64,000 bases of DNA from Bacteriovoracaceae bacterium (GTDB lineage: Bacteria; Bdellovibrionota; Bacteriovoracia; Bacteriovoracales; Bacteriovoracaceae), in the NCBI GenBank assembly GCA_025210745.1, contig JAOARC010000037.1, positions 447,440-511,439 on the forward strand, read 5' to 3'. Shown here piece after piece: positions 48,058 through 57,504 of the stretch (the stretch's first letter is position 1; every line of letters starts with the position of its first letter). The position numbers and the translations under genes were made by a program. The notes under the pieces were generated by a model. That model was not told the origin of the DNA. It ran no database searches and saw nothing but the letters and a program-made list of their open reading frames with translations.

Positions 48058-48754
48058 TTTATTGTTAATATTAATGTCTTTTAATTGTTACCCTGTAGAA
48101 TTTTTATTAAGTTCAACATCACAGGATGTGGTTACAATTGGTGATATTGTTAGACTTGAGGTAACTCCTCAAGACGAAAAAATTCTTGATTATAAAAACA
48201 CAAGAATATCTCCATTACTATATGTAATTGATGTTGAAAAAAATGATGATAATTATTTTGTAAATGCAGTAATTAGTGAACAAGTTAAAAATGAAGAAAT
48301 AAAAGTTTCAGATGCTTTTAAAGTTCGTGGTATTAATTTTGATTCTTCTAAAAAAGTTGATTTAAGTGGACCAATGAAGCTTTATCTTAAAAAATATCAG
48401 GTAACTGATACAAAAGCGATTATATTATTATCTTTTTTGTTTGTAGTATTACTTAGTGTTTTTTACAAATTTATTTATCCTAAAGTTAAAGAGATAAGAA
48501 AGAAAAAGATTAAACAGAAAAAACTAGAACTCTTACTTAATAGAACAAGTGATAGAGAAAAGTTTGAAGCGATTTACCGAGCAAAAAAAGAGTTTGAAAA
48601 TAATTTTACTTATGAGTTTAAAGTTTTTGATGAGTTTTTTAATCATATAAATGAAGTTCAGTACAAAAAAAATATAATGGAAGAAACAATAAGTGAGTTA
48701 GAAACTCTATGCAATCGTTTTAAAAAATCAATGAGGAGAAAGCGTGGAGTATAG
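48044..48754 (+). CDS. Bat-operon membrane protein of unknown function (start uncertain, 48008-48044)
   Basis: N-terminal hydrophobic segment, central TM (AIILLSFLFVVLLSVF), charged helical C-terminus. Sits between DUF58 and batA. Confidence 0.45.
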   Translation: MKCFSLLLILMSFNCYPVEFLLSSTSQDVVTIGDIVRLEVTPQDEKILDYKNTRISPLLYVIDVEKNDDNYFVNAVISEQVKNEEIKVSDAFKVRGINFDSSKKVDLSGPMKLYLKKYQVTDTKAIILLSFLFVVLLSVFYKFIYPKVKEIRKKKIKQKKLELLLNRTSDREKFEAIYRAKKEFENNFTYEFKVFDEFFNHINEVQYKKNIMEETISELETLCNRFKKSMRRKRGV

Positions 48755-49715
48755 ATCAATACTAGCAGGACTAATTGGTGTGATATCTTTAATCTTTTGG
48801 TCACTAGAATACTTTAAAATACTTAAAAAACCACAGCTAACAGCACCTGTTGGTGCACAAAAAATCTCCTTTCTTAGTTCAAAGTATATGTTGGGAGCAG
48901 TCGGTATCATTGCATGGTTATTTATATCATATGCTTTAATGGGCCCTCGAAAGCCACTTAAATATTCTCCAAGTAACATCGAAGTTAATGATATTTATAT
49001 GGTGGTTGATGTTTCTCGTTCAATGCTTGCTACAGATCTTGAGCCTAATCGTTTAGAGGTTGCCAAAGAACAATTACGAAAGTTTGCGGCATTAAGACCT
49101 ACTGATAGACTAGGGGTTATTATTTTTTCAGAAAAAGTATTTACTATGTTACCTCTTACAACGGACCCAAGTTTAATAGATAAAGTACTATCTGATATTA
49201 AGATTGGGTTTTTGGGTAGTGGAACAAATATTGGAGATGCCTTAGCTCTAGCCGTTGCTAGAGGTCAGGCAAGTGAAACTAAAAATAAAGTGATTATTTT
49301 ATTAACGGATGGAGTATCCAATGTTGGTAATATGCCACCTTTAGAAGCTGCTAAGATAGCAAAAGAATATAATATGAAAGTTTATACTATTGGTTTAGGT
49401 GCAAATATGGATGCAAAAATACCAATGGGATCTTCTAGTGGGAGAAGTCAATATAGAAAAATTCCTGGTGGTTCTATTGATGTTAAGACATTACAAGAGA
49501 TTTCTGATTTGACTGGAGGTAAAATGTATCTTGCTGGATCTGAAAACTCTTTACAAGAGATCTTAAGGGAAATTCAATCGTTAGAGAAAACGAAGATTAA
49601 ATCTAATAAACAAGTTGTTTATAAAGAGCTTTTTTATCAATATCTTCTTGTGGGAATATGTTTATTAGTATTTGTTGAATTCTTTAGAATTTTTGTTAAT
49701 AAGGAGGTGGCATGA
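48744..49715 (+). CDS. batA: BatA-like membrane-anchored von Willebrand factor A protein
   Basis: N-terminal TMs, MIDAS VVDVSRSM, LLTDG, C-terminal TM. Confidence 0.75.
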   Translation: MEYRSILAGLIGVISLIFWSLEYFKILKKPQLTAPVGAQKISFLSSKYMLGAVGIIAWLFISYALMGPRKPLKYSPSNIEVNDIYMVVDVSRSMLATDLEPNRLEVAKEQLRKFAALRPTDRLGVIIFSEKVFTMLPLTTDPSLIDKVLSDIKIGFLGSGTNIGDALALAVARGQASETKNKVIILLTDGVSNVGNMPPLEAAKIAKEYNMKVYTIGLGANMDAKIPMGSSSGRSQYRKIPGGSIDVKTLQEISDLTGGKMYLAGSENSLQEILREIQSLEKTKIKSNKQVVYKELFYQYLLVGICLLVFVEFFRIFVNKEVA

Positions 49716-51499
49716 GTTTTAGTTATTCTGTATGGCTTATTCCTCTTCTTTTTATTATCGTCTTTTTTATTTTTCTTCATAACAAAAGAGAGAGACATTT
49801 TTTTAGCTGGGTCGAAAAATATTGGTTTTTTAAAAGAGCGAAGAAGAATAAATTAGCATCTATATTTTATTATATAGGAATGTCTTTATTATTCTTGGCT
49901 ATTTTAGACTTAAGAGGACCAGAAATAAATATAAATGCAAAGGTTAGTAAAGAAAGAACTACAATTCTTATCGATAGTTCATCGAGTATGTTAGCAGAAG
50001 ATGTTAGACCTAATAGATTTGAAAAGGCTATACTTCTAGCAAAACACTATGTAAAAAGATCAGCGGGGCAACATATCAGTGTTGTTGTCTTTTCAGATGC
50101 TAGAAAAAAACTTATCCCTTTTACAAATGATATTGATTTGATTGAAGCGAGGTTATCTTCATTAGAAGGTCTTGATCTAAATCATGGTGGTACAAGCTTA
50201 AAACTAGCAATATCTGAGACTGTTCAAGAGATCGGAGCATTAGGACAGGAAAAAGGTAATATACTTGTTTTTACTGATGCTGAAAATACGGAGGAATTAA
50301 ATGATTTTAAAGTTCCTGAGAGTATTAAACTTGCTATTGTTGGGGTTGGAACTTTAAAAGGCTCAGTTATACCGATAAGAAATAAAAGAGGTGTATTTAA
50401 AGGTAATAAAAAGTTTAATGGAAAAGAAGTTATTACAAAACTTGATGAAGACTTTTTAAGATCAATTGGAAAATATGTCACATACTATCAATATTGGAGC
50501 GCATCATCGTATTCACTTCCAACTGATGAAATTTTAAGTTTCTTCAAACAAAGTAGTGTTTTACAAGAACAAAAAGAAAATATTCGAATTAGGCCCGTAC
50601 TTGCAAACTATATAATGATTCCTGCTGTGTTTTCATTAATAATTTCTTATTTATTAAGAATGTCTAGTAGTTTTGTTATGTTATCATTGTCGCTTTTATT
50701 CATCTTGCCACTTAACTTGTCGGCTCAAGTTAAGAAGGAGAAAATCGTTATCCCAAAAACAGACTTGGCTTTAAAACTTGAAGAAAGATATAAAGAAAAT
50801 GGCTTGAAAAAGAAAGAAAAAAGAGCTCTTGTAACGGAGTATTTAAAGTCAAAGCACTTTAAAGAAGCAAAGGGAATGTATGATGAATTCGATGGAGAGC
50901 TTAATGATCAAGATAAGATGAATAAAGCCGTTGCAGATTTTAATACAGGCTCTTTAGCTAGTGCACTCGATGAGCTAAAAAAACTGTATGAAAAACATAA
51001 AGACAATAAAAATTCCCCTTTAATGGATGATATAAAGAAAAATATGCTTAAGGCTTTAATGAAGCAAGCTCAGCAAAAACAGCAAAAAAAACAAGATCAA
51101 AACAAAGATAAGAAAAAAGATAGTAAGGATCCAAAAAATAAAAATGGACAAAAGGGTGATGATAAAAAAGATGATAAGAAGGGAAAACAAGAGAATAATA
51201 AAGGTAAAGATGAAAAAAATAATAAAAAGAAAAATCAAAGAGAAGATAAAAAACAAAATGAAAAAGATGGGCAAGATAAGAAAAAAGATAAAGGTGATAA
51301 TAAAGATCAAGATGAAAAAAATAATAAAAAGAAGCAACAAAATAAAACAGCAGATCCTAAGGATGGTAAAGGTAGAAAAAAGAAAAAGAAACTGCCTGCT
51401 TTGTTGAAACAGTTAATGTCGGATGATAATAATTTACAAAAAAAAGTTATTGATAGAGAAACACGTAAATCTAAGAGTTCAGATAAAAAGGATTGGTAG
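49712..51499 (+). CDS. batB: BatB-like VWA protein fused to a TPR-like (BatC-like) region and a Lys/Asp/Asn/Gln-rich tail
   Basis: MIDAS LIDSSSSM, VFTDAE, TM segments, then EYLKSKHFKEAKGMYDEF TPR-like helices and a ~110-aa charged low-complexity tail. Confidence 0.7.
   Translation: MSFSYSVWLIPLLFIIVFFIFLHNKRERHFFSWVEKYWFFKRAKKNKLASIFYYIGMSLLFLAILDLRGPEININAKVSKERTTILIDSSSSMLAEDVRPNRFEKAILLAKHYVKRSAGQHISVVVFSDARKKLIPFTNDIDLIEARLSSLEGLDLNHGGTSLKLAISETVQEIGALGQEKGNILVFTDAENTEELNDFKVPESIKLAIVGVGTLKGSVIPIRNKRGVFKGNKKFNGKEVITKLDEDFLRSIGKYVTYYQYWSASSYSLPTDEILSFFKQSSVLQEQKENIRIRPVLANYIMIPAVFSLIISYLLRMSSSFVMLSLSLLFILPLNLSAQVKKEKIVIPKTDLALKLEERYKENGLKKKEKRALVTEYLKSKHFKEAKGMYDEFDGELNDQDKMNKAVADFNTGSLASALDELKKLYEKHKDNKNSPLMDDIKKNMLKALMKQAQQKQQKKQDQNKDKKKDSKDPKNKNGQKGDDKKDDKKGKQENNKGKDEKNNKKKNQREDKKQNEKDGQDKKKDKGDNKDQDEKNNKKKQQNKTADPKDGKGRKKKKKLPALLKQLMSDDNNLQKKVIDRETRKSKSSDKKDW
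51209..51333 (+). repeat. in-frame 23-nt direct repeat (gatgaaaaaaataataaaaagaa at 51209-51231 and 51311-51333) within the batB low-complexity tail
   Basis: Both copies were read directly from the sequence. They lie 102 nt apart and each encodes DEKNNKKK. Confidence 0.8.
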
Positions 51500-53112
51500 T
51501 GAGATATATAATATTATTTTTACTTAGCTTTAGTATATTTGCAAAGATTACTGTTGATATTGAGACAGTTCCACAAAATCCAGTGATGGGAGAAACGTTC
51601 AATATTATATTTAAGATTAATACTAAAGATGGTGATGAACCTCAAATAGACTTCAACCCCCGTGGGCTTGAAGTTTTATCAAAAGAACAAACGGGTATTT
51701 CTACAAGAACGACATATATAAATGGAAACTTAAGTGTACAAAGAACAATAAGTGTAACTTACGAAATGATTGGATCAAGAAGTGGAACAGCTTATTTGAG
51801 AGATATACTTGTAAGCGTAGGTGGGAAAAGTGTTAGACATTCAAATTATAAAATTAAAATACATAGAGAGTTAAAGAAGGAAAAAGATATATTTGTAAGA
51901 GCTGAGGTTGATAAGACGGAAGCTTTTGTTGGTGAGTCGATTATCGTTAGATATTTCTTATATAATAAAGTACGTGTTGCAGCTATGGATATTAAAAAAT
52001 TTCCAAGTCTTGATAAATTTATGAAAAGGTTTCATCAAGAGTCGATGGCGACACAAAGAGTACAATTAGCCGGAGGTATTTATGAGAGGAGAATTGTTTA
52101 TACAGCACAGCTATTTTCTAATGATACAGGAAAGAAGAAAGTTGATAGCATTCAACTAGCAGTTCAATATCCTTATGGAAGATCTAGAAATAATTTATTT
52201 TCAGGGTTTGGGCTTGGTAGTCATAATATGAGAAAAAGAACTTTATCAAGCAAGCCTGTAGAGATTAATATAAAAGCTTTACCTAATAATCCTCCTGCTG
52301 GTTTTACTGGCCTAGTTGGTGATCATACTTTTGATTTTAAAATTAATAAAACAAAGTTCTTGGTAAATGAACCAATAGAAATTGATTTTGTTGTAAATGG
52401 ACAAGGAGCCTTAGAGTTATATGAAAAACCTGATGTTTTTAGTTCTGATCTTGTTGAAGAGTTTGATGATAGTGCTGATTTGGTAGTTAACAAAGATTTT
52501 ACAGCTCAAAAGACATTTAAAATAACATATCTTGCTAGAAAAAATGGACTGATACAGTCTAAAAAAATTCCAGTTGTTTATTTTGATTCAAAAAAGTTAG
52601 AGTTTAAAACTTTTTATATTGATTTGAGTGAGATTAAAATTGCAGGGGGTAATTTTTCAGTTCCAGCTAAAATGAATAATCAAAATAAAGACGTTTCAGT
52701 AAAACCAAGTGTTATTTATCAAAAAGAAAAAATAAACCCTATCGTAAAATTAAAAAATACCTTTTTATATAATCAATATCTCATATATGGAATAACAGTA
52801 TTTATCTTTATTCTCATTTTTAGGGTTGAAACTATGACACTACTAAAAAATCTTAAACCAGAACCAAAAGATGAGTTTATTTATAAGTTATCAAAGGTTG
52901 GTATGAATTATGGTGATTTTTATGAGCTTGTTCGAAAACTTGGTTCTGGAAATGATAATTATACAATTATTGAAAAAAGCTCGTTGTCAAAAGGGTCAAA
53001 GTTAGAACTTTTGAAGTTACAAAAACTATTTGATGATAATTATTTAAGTGGGAAGAAGAATGTTTTAAAAATAACAAAAAAGACTTCGAAAGACTTAAAA
53101 CAAGTGCTATAA
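51499..53112 (+). CDS. batD: BatD-like protein (signal peptide, beta-rich body, C-terminal TM)
   Basis: Position after batB. (M)RYIILFLLSFSIFA signal, TM YGITVFIFILIF near the C-terminus. AAGGA lies 6 nt before GTG 51499. Confidence 0.6.
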   Translation: MRYIILFLLSFSIFAKITVDIETVPQNPVMGETFNIIFKINTKDGDEPQIDFNPRGLEVLSKEQTGISTRTTYINGNLSVQRTISVTYEMIGSRSGTAYLRDILVSVGGKSVRHSNYKIKIHRELKKEKDIFVRAEVDKTEAFVGESIIVRYFLYNKVRVAAMDIKKFPSLDKFMKRFHQESMATQRVQLAGGIYERRIVYTAQLFSNDTGKKKVDSIQLAVQYPYGRSRNNLFSGFGLGSHNMRKRTLSSKPVEINIKALPNNPPAGFTGLVGDHTFDFKINKTKFLVNEPIEIDFVVNGQGALELYEKPDVFSSDLVEEFDDSADLVVNKDFTAQKTFKITYLARKNGLIQSKKIPVVYFDSKKLEFKTFYIDLSEIKIAGGNFSVPAKMNNQNKDVSVKPSVIYQKEKINPIVKLKNTFLYNQYLIYGITVFIFILIFRVETMTLLKNLKPEPKDEFIYKLSKVGMNYGDFYELVRKLGSGNDNYTIIEKSSLSKGSKLELLKLQKLFDDNYLSGKKNVLKITKKTSKDLKQVL

Positions 53113-53119
53113 AGCAGAC

Positions 53120-53980
53120 ATGAGTAAAAGTATAATAATTGGAAATTTTGATGGAGGGCATTTAGGACATCGATATTTATTGAGTCAATATATAGAAATG
53201 TCACGTGCTTTTGAATTAGATCCTATTATATTGACTTATGATATGCATCCTAAGGAATACTTTAATGGCGATCTTGAAAACTTTTTTCTTTTTTCATATA
53301 AATCAAAAATAGAGTTTTTAAAAGAAATAGCTCATGTAGATATTTTAAAATTTAAAGAGATTGCTTCTTTATCAGCTTTAGATTTCTTTAAGAGAATGAA
53401 AAATACATATCCAACACTTACTATGGTTTTTACCGGATATGACACAAAGTTTGGAAAAGATAAAGTAAGTGACTTTAATTTTCTGAGTAAAGAAACAGGA
53501 CTTGTTTTTAAAGTCCTTAAAAAATATGAGCCTAATGCAATATCCAGTACATATATAAGAGACGCCGTTAAAAGTGGAAAGTTTGAAGATGTTGAAAAAA
53601 TGTTGGGACGTGTTTTTAGTTTAAAGGGGATGGTTGTAAAAGGAAAACAAATTGGTAGAACAATTGGTTTTGCTACCGCAAATATTTTTTTGGATATAAA
53701 GTTATGTCGTCCAAATAATGGTGTGTACTGTGGGTATGTAACAATTGGTGAAGTTGAATATATTTTTGTAGCAAATCTGGGTAGAAGACCAAGTATTGAT
53801 GATGATGAATCAATAATCTTGGAGGCACATATTGTAGGATTTAATGGTGATATATATAACCAAAATATAGAGCTTAACTTTAAACATAAAATAAGAAATG
53901 TTGTGAAGTTTGAAACTTTAGATGCTCTTAAGGCCCAAATTGCTGTGGATATAGAAAAAGCAAAGACTCTTTTATGTTAA
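53120..53980 (+). CDS. ribF: bifunctional riboflavin kinase / FMN adenylyltransferase
   Basis: IIGNFDGGHLGHRYL, GKQIGRTIGFATANI. Confidence 0.85.
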   Translation: MSKSIIIGNFDGGHLGHRYLLSQYIEMSRAFELDPIILTYDMHPKEYFNGDLENFFLFSYKSKIEFLKEIAHVDILKFKEIASLSALDFFKRMKNTYPTLTMVFTGYDTKFGKDKVSDFNFLSKETGLVFKVLKKYEPNAISSTYIRDAVKSGKFEDVEKMLGRVFSLKGMVVKGKQIGRTIGFATANIFLDIKLCRPNNGVYCGYVTIGEVEYIFVANLGRRPSIDDDESIILEAHIVGFNGDIYNQNIELNFKHKIRNVVKFETLDALKAQIAVDIEKAKTLLC

Positions 53981-54648
53981 AACTTGGATTGTTGGGAAAA
54001 AATATCACTCATTCAAAGTCTAAAGAAATATATCAGAGAATTTTGAAACATAAATTTACTTATTCTTATTTTGATATTGCAGATGAAAAACAAATAGATT
54101 TGAACTCAATCTTTGATGATGTTAGTTTTTTAAGTGTAACATCTCCATATAAAAAATATTGCTCAAAAAAGGTTTGTGTTGAAGAGCAAATAAAAGATTT
54201 AAATGCGATAAACTGTATTAAAAAAGTTGAAAATAAACTTTTTGGCACTAATACTGATTATGAAGCAAGCGTTGAAATTATTCAAAAATATGCAAGTCAA
54301 AATATTATCAATGTTATAGTCCTGGGGGATGGCGCTATGGCAACTGTAATTTCAAAGATACTATTAGATATGAGAATAAATTTTGAGGTTCTTTCTAGAA
54401 AAAAGTCAAACCTGAGTACTATTGCTGATTATATTAATCATAAAGTATTAATAATTAACTGTTGCGGTAGGGAATTTAATTTATATGAAAGTCTAAAAGG
54501 GCTAAGTCCTTATAAAATATGGGACTTAAACTATTCGCAAATTTATGAAAAACAGATAAGTGATGAATTTGGTAAAGATTATACCAATGGATTAGAACTA
54601 TTGTTTTTACAGGCGAAAAAAGCTTTATCTTATTGGAACATTTTGTAA
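53974..54648 (+). CDS. aroE: shikimate dehydrogenase (short form)
   Basis: GLLGKNITHSKSKEIY, SVTSPYK, GTNTDYEA, VLGDGAMA. Confidence 0.65.
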   Translation: MLKLGLLGKNITHSKSKEIYQRILKHKFTYSYFDIADEKQIDLNSIFDDVSFLSVTSPYKKYCSKKVCVEEQIKDLNAINCIKKVENKLFGTNTDYEASVEIIQKYASQNIINVIVLGDGAMATVISKILLDMRINFEVLSRKKSNLSTIADYINHKVLIINCCGREFNLYESLKGLSPYKIWDLNYSQIYEKQISDEFGKDYTNGLELLFLQAKKALSYWNIL

Positions 54649-54701
54649 TATTGCCCTAAGTATCTATTTTTGCGTTATAATAATATATATGCGGAGAATA
54701 G

Positions 54702-56372
54702 ATGATAAGAAAGCAATTCGTTGATATTTTATCAAATACAGGTCTAGTAACATTAAAAGAAATTAGACGTTTAATGATGAATAAAGATCGTACAGAAGTA
54801 ACGGAATTAGAGTTACTTGATCTTGTGCACTTTGATCAAAATAAATTAGCAAAAATTTTAGCTGAAAAATTCTCAATGACTTATGTTGACTTAGAAAAAG
54901 CGAGAGTTGCTAAAAGTACAGTAAAGCTATTACCGAAAAAAAATATAATAAAATATAGAGCAATTCCTATTCAGGCCACAGGTGAAAAAGTTGTTTTGGC
55001 TACTTTTGATCCAAGTACAAAGAATTCTATCGCTCAATTAGGACAAGATTTAAGAAAGCCAGTTGATTTAATCTTAACTAATTTATCATCTTGGAAAAAA
55101 ATCTTTGAGCTAGCAGAAGATTCGGTTGAAGATTTGATAGGAACAATTGTTGAAGTAAAAGCTAAGTCGGATCAAGACGAAGAGATAAAAGCGGAAGATA
55201 TTGGAAATGATGTTGTAACTTATGTAAATAAAATTTTGTCTGAAGCATTTATTAAAAAAGTTTCAGACATCCATATTGAACCGTATGAAAAAATTTTTAG
55301 AGTTAGATTTCGTATAGATGGATCTTTGGTTGAGGTGGATAGACCTCCAAGATCATTAATGTTGCCGATGATATCTCGTTTGAAAATTATGGCAGAGCTA
55401 GATATATCGGAAAAAAGAAAGCCTCAAGATGGTAGAATAAAACTACAAATTGGTGGAAAGCCTATTGATTATAGAGTTTCTTCTTTGCCAACACTCTTTG
55501 GTGAAAAAGTTGTCCTAAGACTTTTAGACCAATCAAGTTTAGAACTTGATATGACTAAACTTGGTTTTGAAAAAAAACAACTTGAGGTTTTTAAAGAAGG
55601 AATACATCAACCTTATGGTATGGTACTTGTTACTGGTCCTACTGGTTCAGGGAAAACCACGACACTTTATTCTGCTCTTTCGGAGCTAAATACAATTGAT
55701 ACAAATATATCTACTGCAGAAGATCCATGTGAGTTTAATTTAGAAGGTATTAATCAGGTTAATGTTAGAAAAGAGGTCGGCTTAACTTTTGCATCATGTT
55801 TAAAGTCTTTTCTAAGGCAGGACCCAGACATAATTATGGTTGGTGAGATTAGAGATCTTGAGGTTGGAGAAATTGCAGTAGAAGCTTCTCTTACGGGACA
55901 TATGGTTCTTTCAACTTTACATACAAATGATGCACCTTCGGCGATTACAAGACTACTAAATATGGGAATAGAAGGTTTTTTAGTTGTCGCATCTTTGAGG
56001 GTTGTTGTGGCCCAAAGACTTTTAAGAAGAATATGTACAAACTGTAGAGTTGAAGATCAAGTAGACAAAGCTCAACTTATAGCATGTGGCTTTGCTCCTA
56101 GCAGCGCTGATAGAATAAAAATCTATAGAGGAAAGGGATGTGAAAACTGTAATGGTACTGGTTATAAAGGTCGGGTTGCAATTTATGAGGTTCTAGAATT
56201 AAATTCTAGAATCAGAGAGCTTGTTTTAGAAAATGCAAGTGTTGATGATATAAAAAGAAGAGCGATAAAAAGTGGAATGAAAACTTTAAGAATGTGTGCA
56301 TTAACTAAAGTAGCACAGGGAATTACAACTTTAGATGAGGCCATTGCAAATTCGGCTTCTGATAATTTATAG
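54702..56372 (+). CDS. pilB: type IV pilus assembly ATPase PilB (GspE family)
   Basis: Walker A GPTGSGKTTT, GEIRD, tetracysteine CTNC...CENCNGTGYKGR, N-terminal T2SSE_N-like domain. Confidence 0.9.
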   Translation: MIRKQFVDILSNTGLVTLKEIRRLMMNKDRTEVTELELLDLVHFDQNKLAKILAEKFSMTYVDLEKARVAKSTVKLLPKKNIIKYRAIPIQATGEKVVLATFDPSTKNSIAQLGQDLRKPVDLILTNLSSWKKIFELAEDSVEDLIGTIVEVKAKSDQDEEIKAEDIGNDVVTYVNKILSEAFIKKVSDIHIEPYEKIFRVRFRIDGSLVEVDRPPRSLMLPMISRLKIMAELDISEKRKPQDGRIKLQIGGKPIDYRVSSLPTLFGEKVVLRLLDQSSLELDMTKLGFEKKQLEVFKEGIHQPYGMVLVTGPTGSGKTTTLYSALSELNTIDTNISTAEDPCEFNLEGINQVNVRKEVGLTFASCLKSFLRQDPDIIMVGEIRDLEVGEIAVEASLTGHMVLSTLHTNDAPSAITRLLNMGIEGFLVVASLRVVVAQRLLRRICTNCRVEDQVDKAQLIACGFAPSSADRIKIYRGKGCENCNGTGYKGRVAIYEVLELNSRIRELVLENASVDDIKRRAIKSGMKTLRMCALTKVAQGITTLDEAIANSASDNL

Positions 56373-56389
56373 AAAATAGGTTTTTTATT

Positions 56390-57502
56390 ATGAGTGATGC
56401 GACAAGAACAAAAACACATGTTTCAGAAGGTATTGGAAACTTACAAATTCAACAGCTTTTTAAGGTGATGGTTGATAATGGTGCCAGTGATTTACATTTA
56501 AGTGTCGGAACGCAACCTGCAATGAGAGTTTCAGGTGGAATAGTTCGAGTAAAAGTAGGTAAGCTGACAGCCGATGATGCTAAAAGATTAGTGTACCAGA
56601 TTTTGACAGAAGCGCAGAAGTCGGACTTAGAAAAAAACTTAGAATTAGATTTTTCTTTTGGAATAAAGGGGCTTGCAAGGTTTAGAGCAAATTGTTTTTA
56701 TTCAAAAGGAAACATATCAGCTGTATTTAGACAAATACCAACCCAGATCCCAGACTTTGATTCTCTTGGGTTGCCTAAGATATTAATGGAGTTAACGGAT
56801 AGATCTAATGGTCTTATTTTAGTTACTGGTCCAACAGGATCTGGTAAATCAACAACACTAGCATCTATTATTGATAGATTAAATACAACGGAGTCGGCGC
56901 ATATTATTACATTAGAAGATCCGATTGAGTTTGTTCATCCACATAAATCTTGTGTTGTCTCCCAAAGAGAGGTTGGAGCCGATACTCTACATTTTGAAAA
57001 TGGAATAAGAAGTTTGCTAAGGCAAGATCCTGACATTGTTCTTGTTGGAGAGCTTCGAGATATTGAAACAATAGAAGCTTCTTTGGAAATTGCGGAAACA
57101 GGCCACCTCGTTTTTGGAACTCTGCATACTAATTCAACCGTTCAGACAATCTCTAGGATTGTAAATGTATTTCCGGGAGATCAACAAGATAAAATAAGAA
57201 TACTTCTGTCTTTTGTCTTACAGGGAATAGCAGCCCAGCAGTTATTACCTAAGATTGGAGGTGGAAGAGTTTTATGTCAAGAAATACTTGTTATGACACC
57301 TGCAATTAGAAATTTAATTAGAGAAGACAAGCTTCATCAAGTGTATTCTCAGATGCAGATTAATCAAGAAAAAACATCTATGGTTACAATGAATCAGAGT
57401 ATTAAAAAAGCTCTTGATGGAGGGTTGATAACTAAGGAAACTGCAATGAGTTATTCTAATAACCCTGAAGAGATGAAAAAGATCTTAGGGATTAGTGAGT
57501 AA
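56390..57502 (+). CDS. pilT: twitching-motility retraction ATPase PilT
   Basis: ASDLHLSVG, GPTGSGKSTT, GELRD, GHLVFGTLHTNS, AIRNLIRE. Confidence 0.9.
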   Translation: MSDATRTKTHVSEGIGNLQIQQLFKVMVDNGASDLHLSVGTQPAMRVSGGIVRVKVGKLTADDAKRLVYQILTEAQKSDLEKNLELDFSFGIKGLARFRANCFYSKGNISAVFRQIPTQIPDFDSLGLPKILMELTDRSNGLILVTGPTGSGKSTTLASIIDRLNTTESAHIITLEDPIEFVHPHKSCVVSQREVGADTLHFENGIRSLLRQDPDIVLVGELRDIETIEASLEIAETGHLVFGTLHTNSTVQTISRIVNVFPGDQQDKIRILLSFVLQGIAAQQLLPKIGGGRVLCQEILVMTPAIRNLIREDKLHQVYSQMQINQEKTSMVTMNQSIKKALDGGLITKETAMSYSNNPEEMKKILGISE

Positions 57503-57504
57503 AG

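Noticed and set aside
50355-50378. CCGATAA heptamer (50372-78) inside batB.
   Set aside because: The nearest upstream TAAA is 13 nt away rather than 16, and the site is intragenic. Not a sigma-28 promoter.
51056-51407. Two long overlapping ORFs (51056..51340 minus, Phe/Ile/Leu-rich; 51144..51407 plus, Lys/Ile-rich) in the batB tail region.
   Set aside because: They are alternative-frame read-throughs of the purine-rich low-complexity tract that encodes the BatB charged tail, so they are artefacts of composition.
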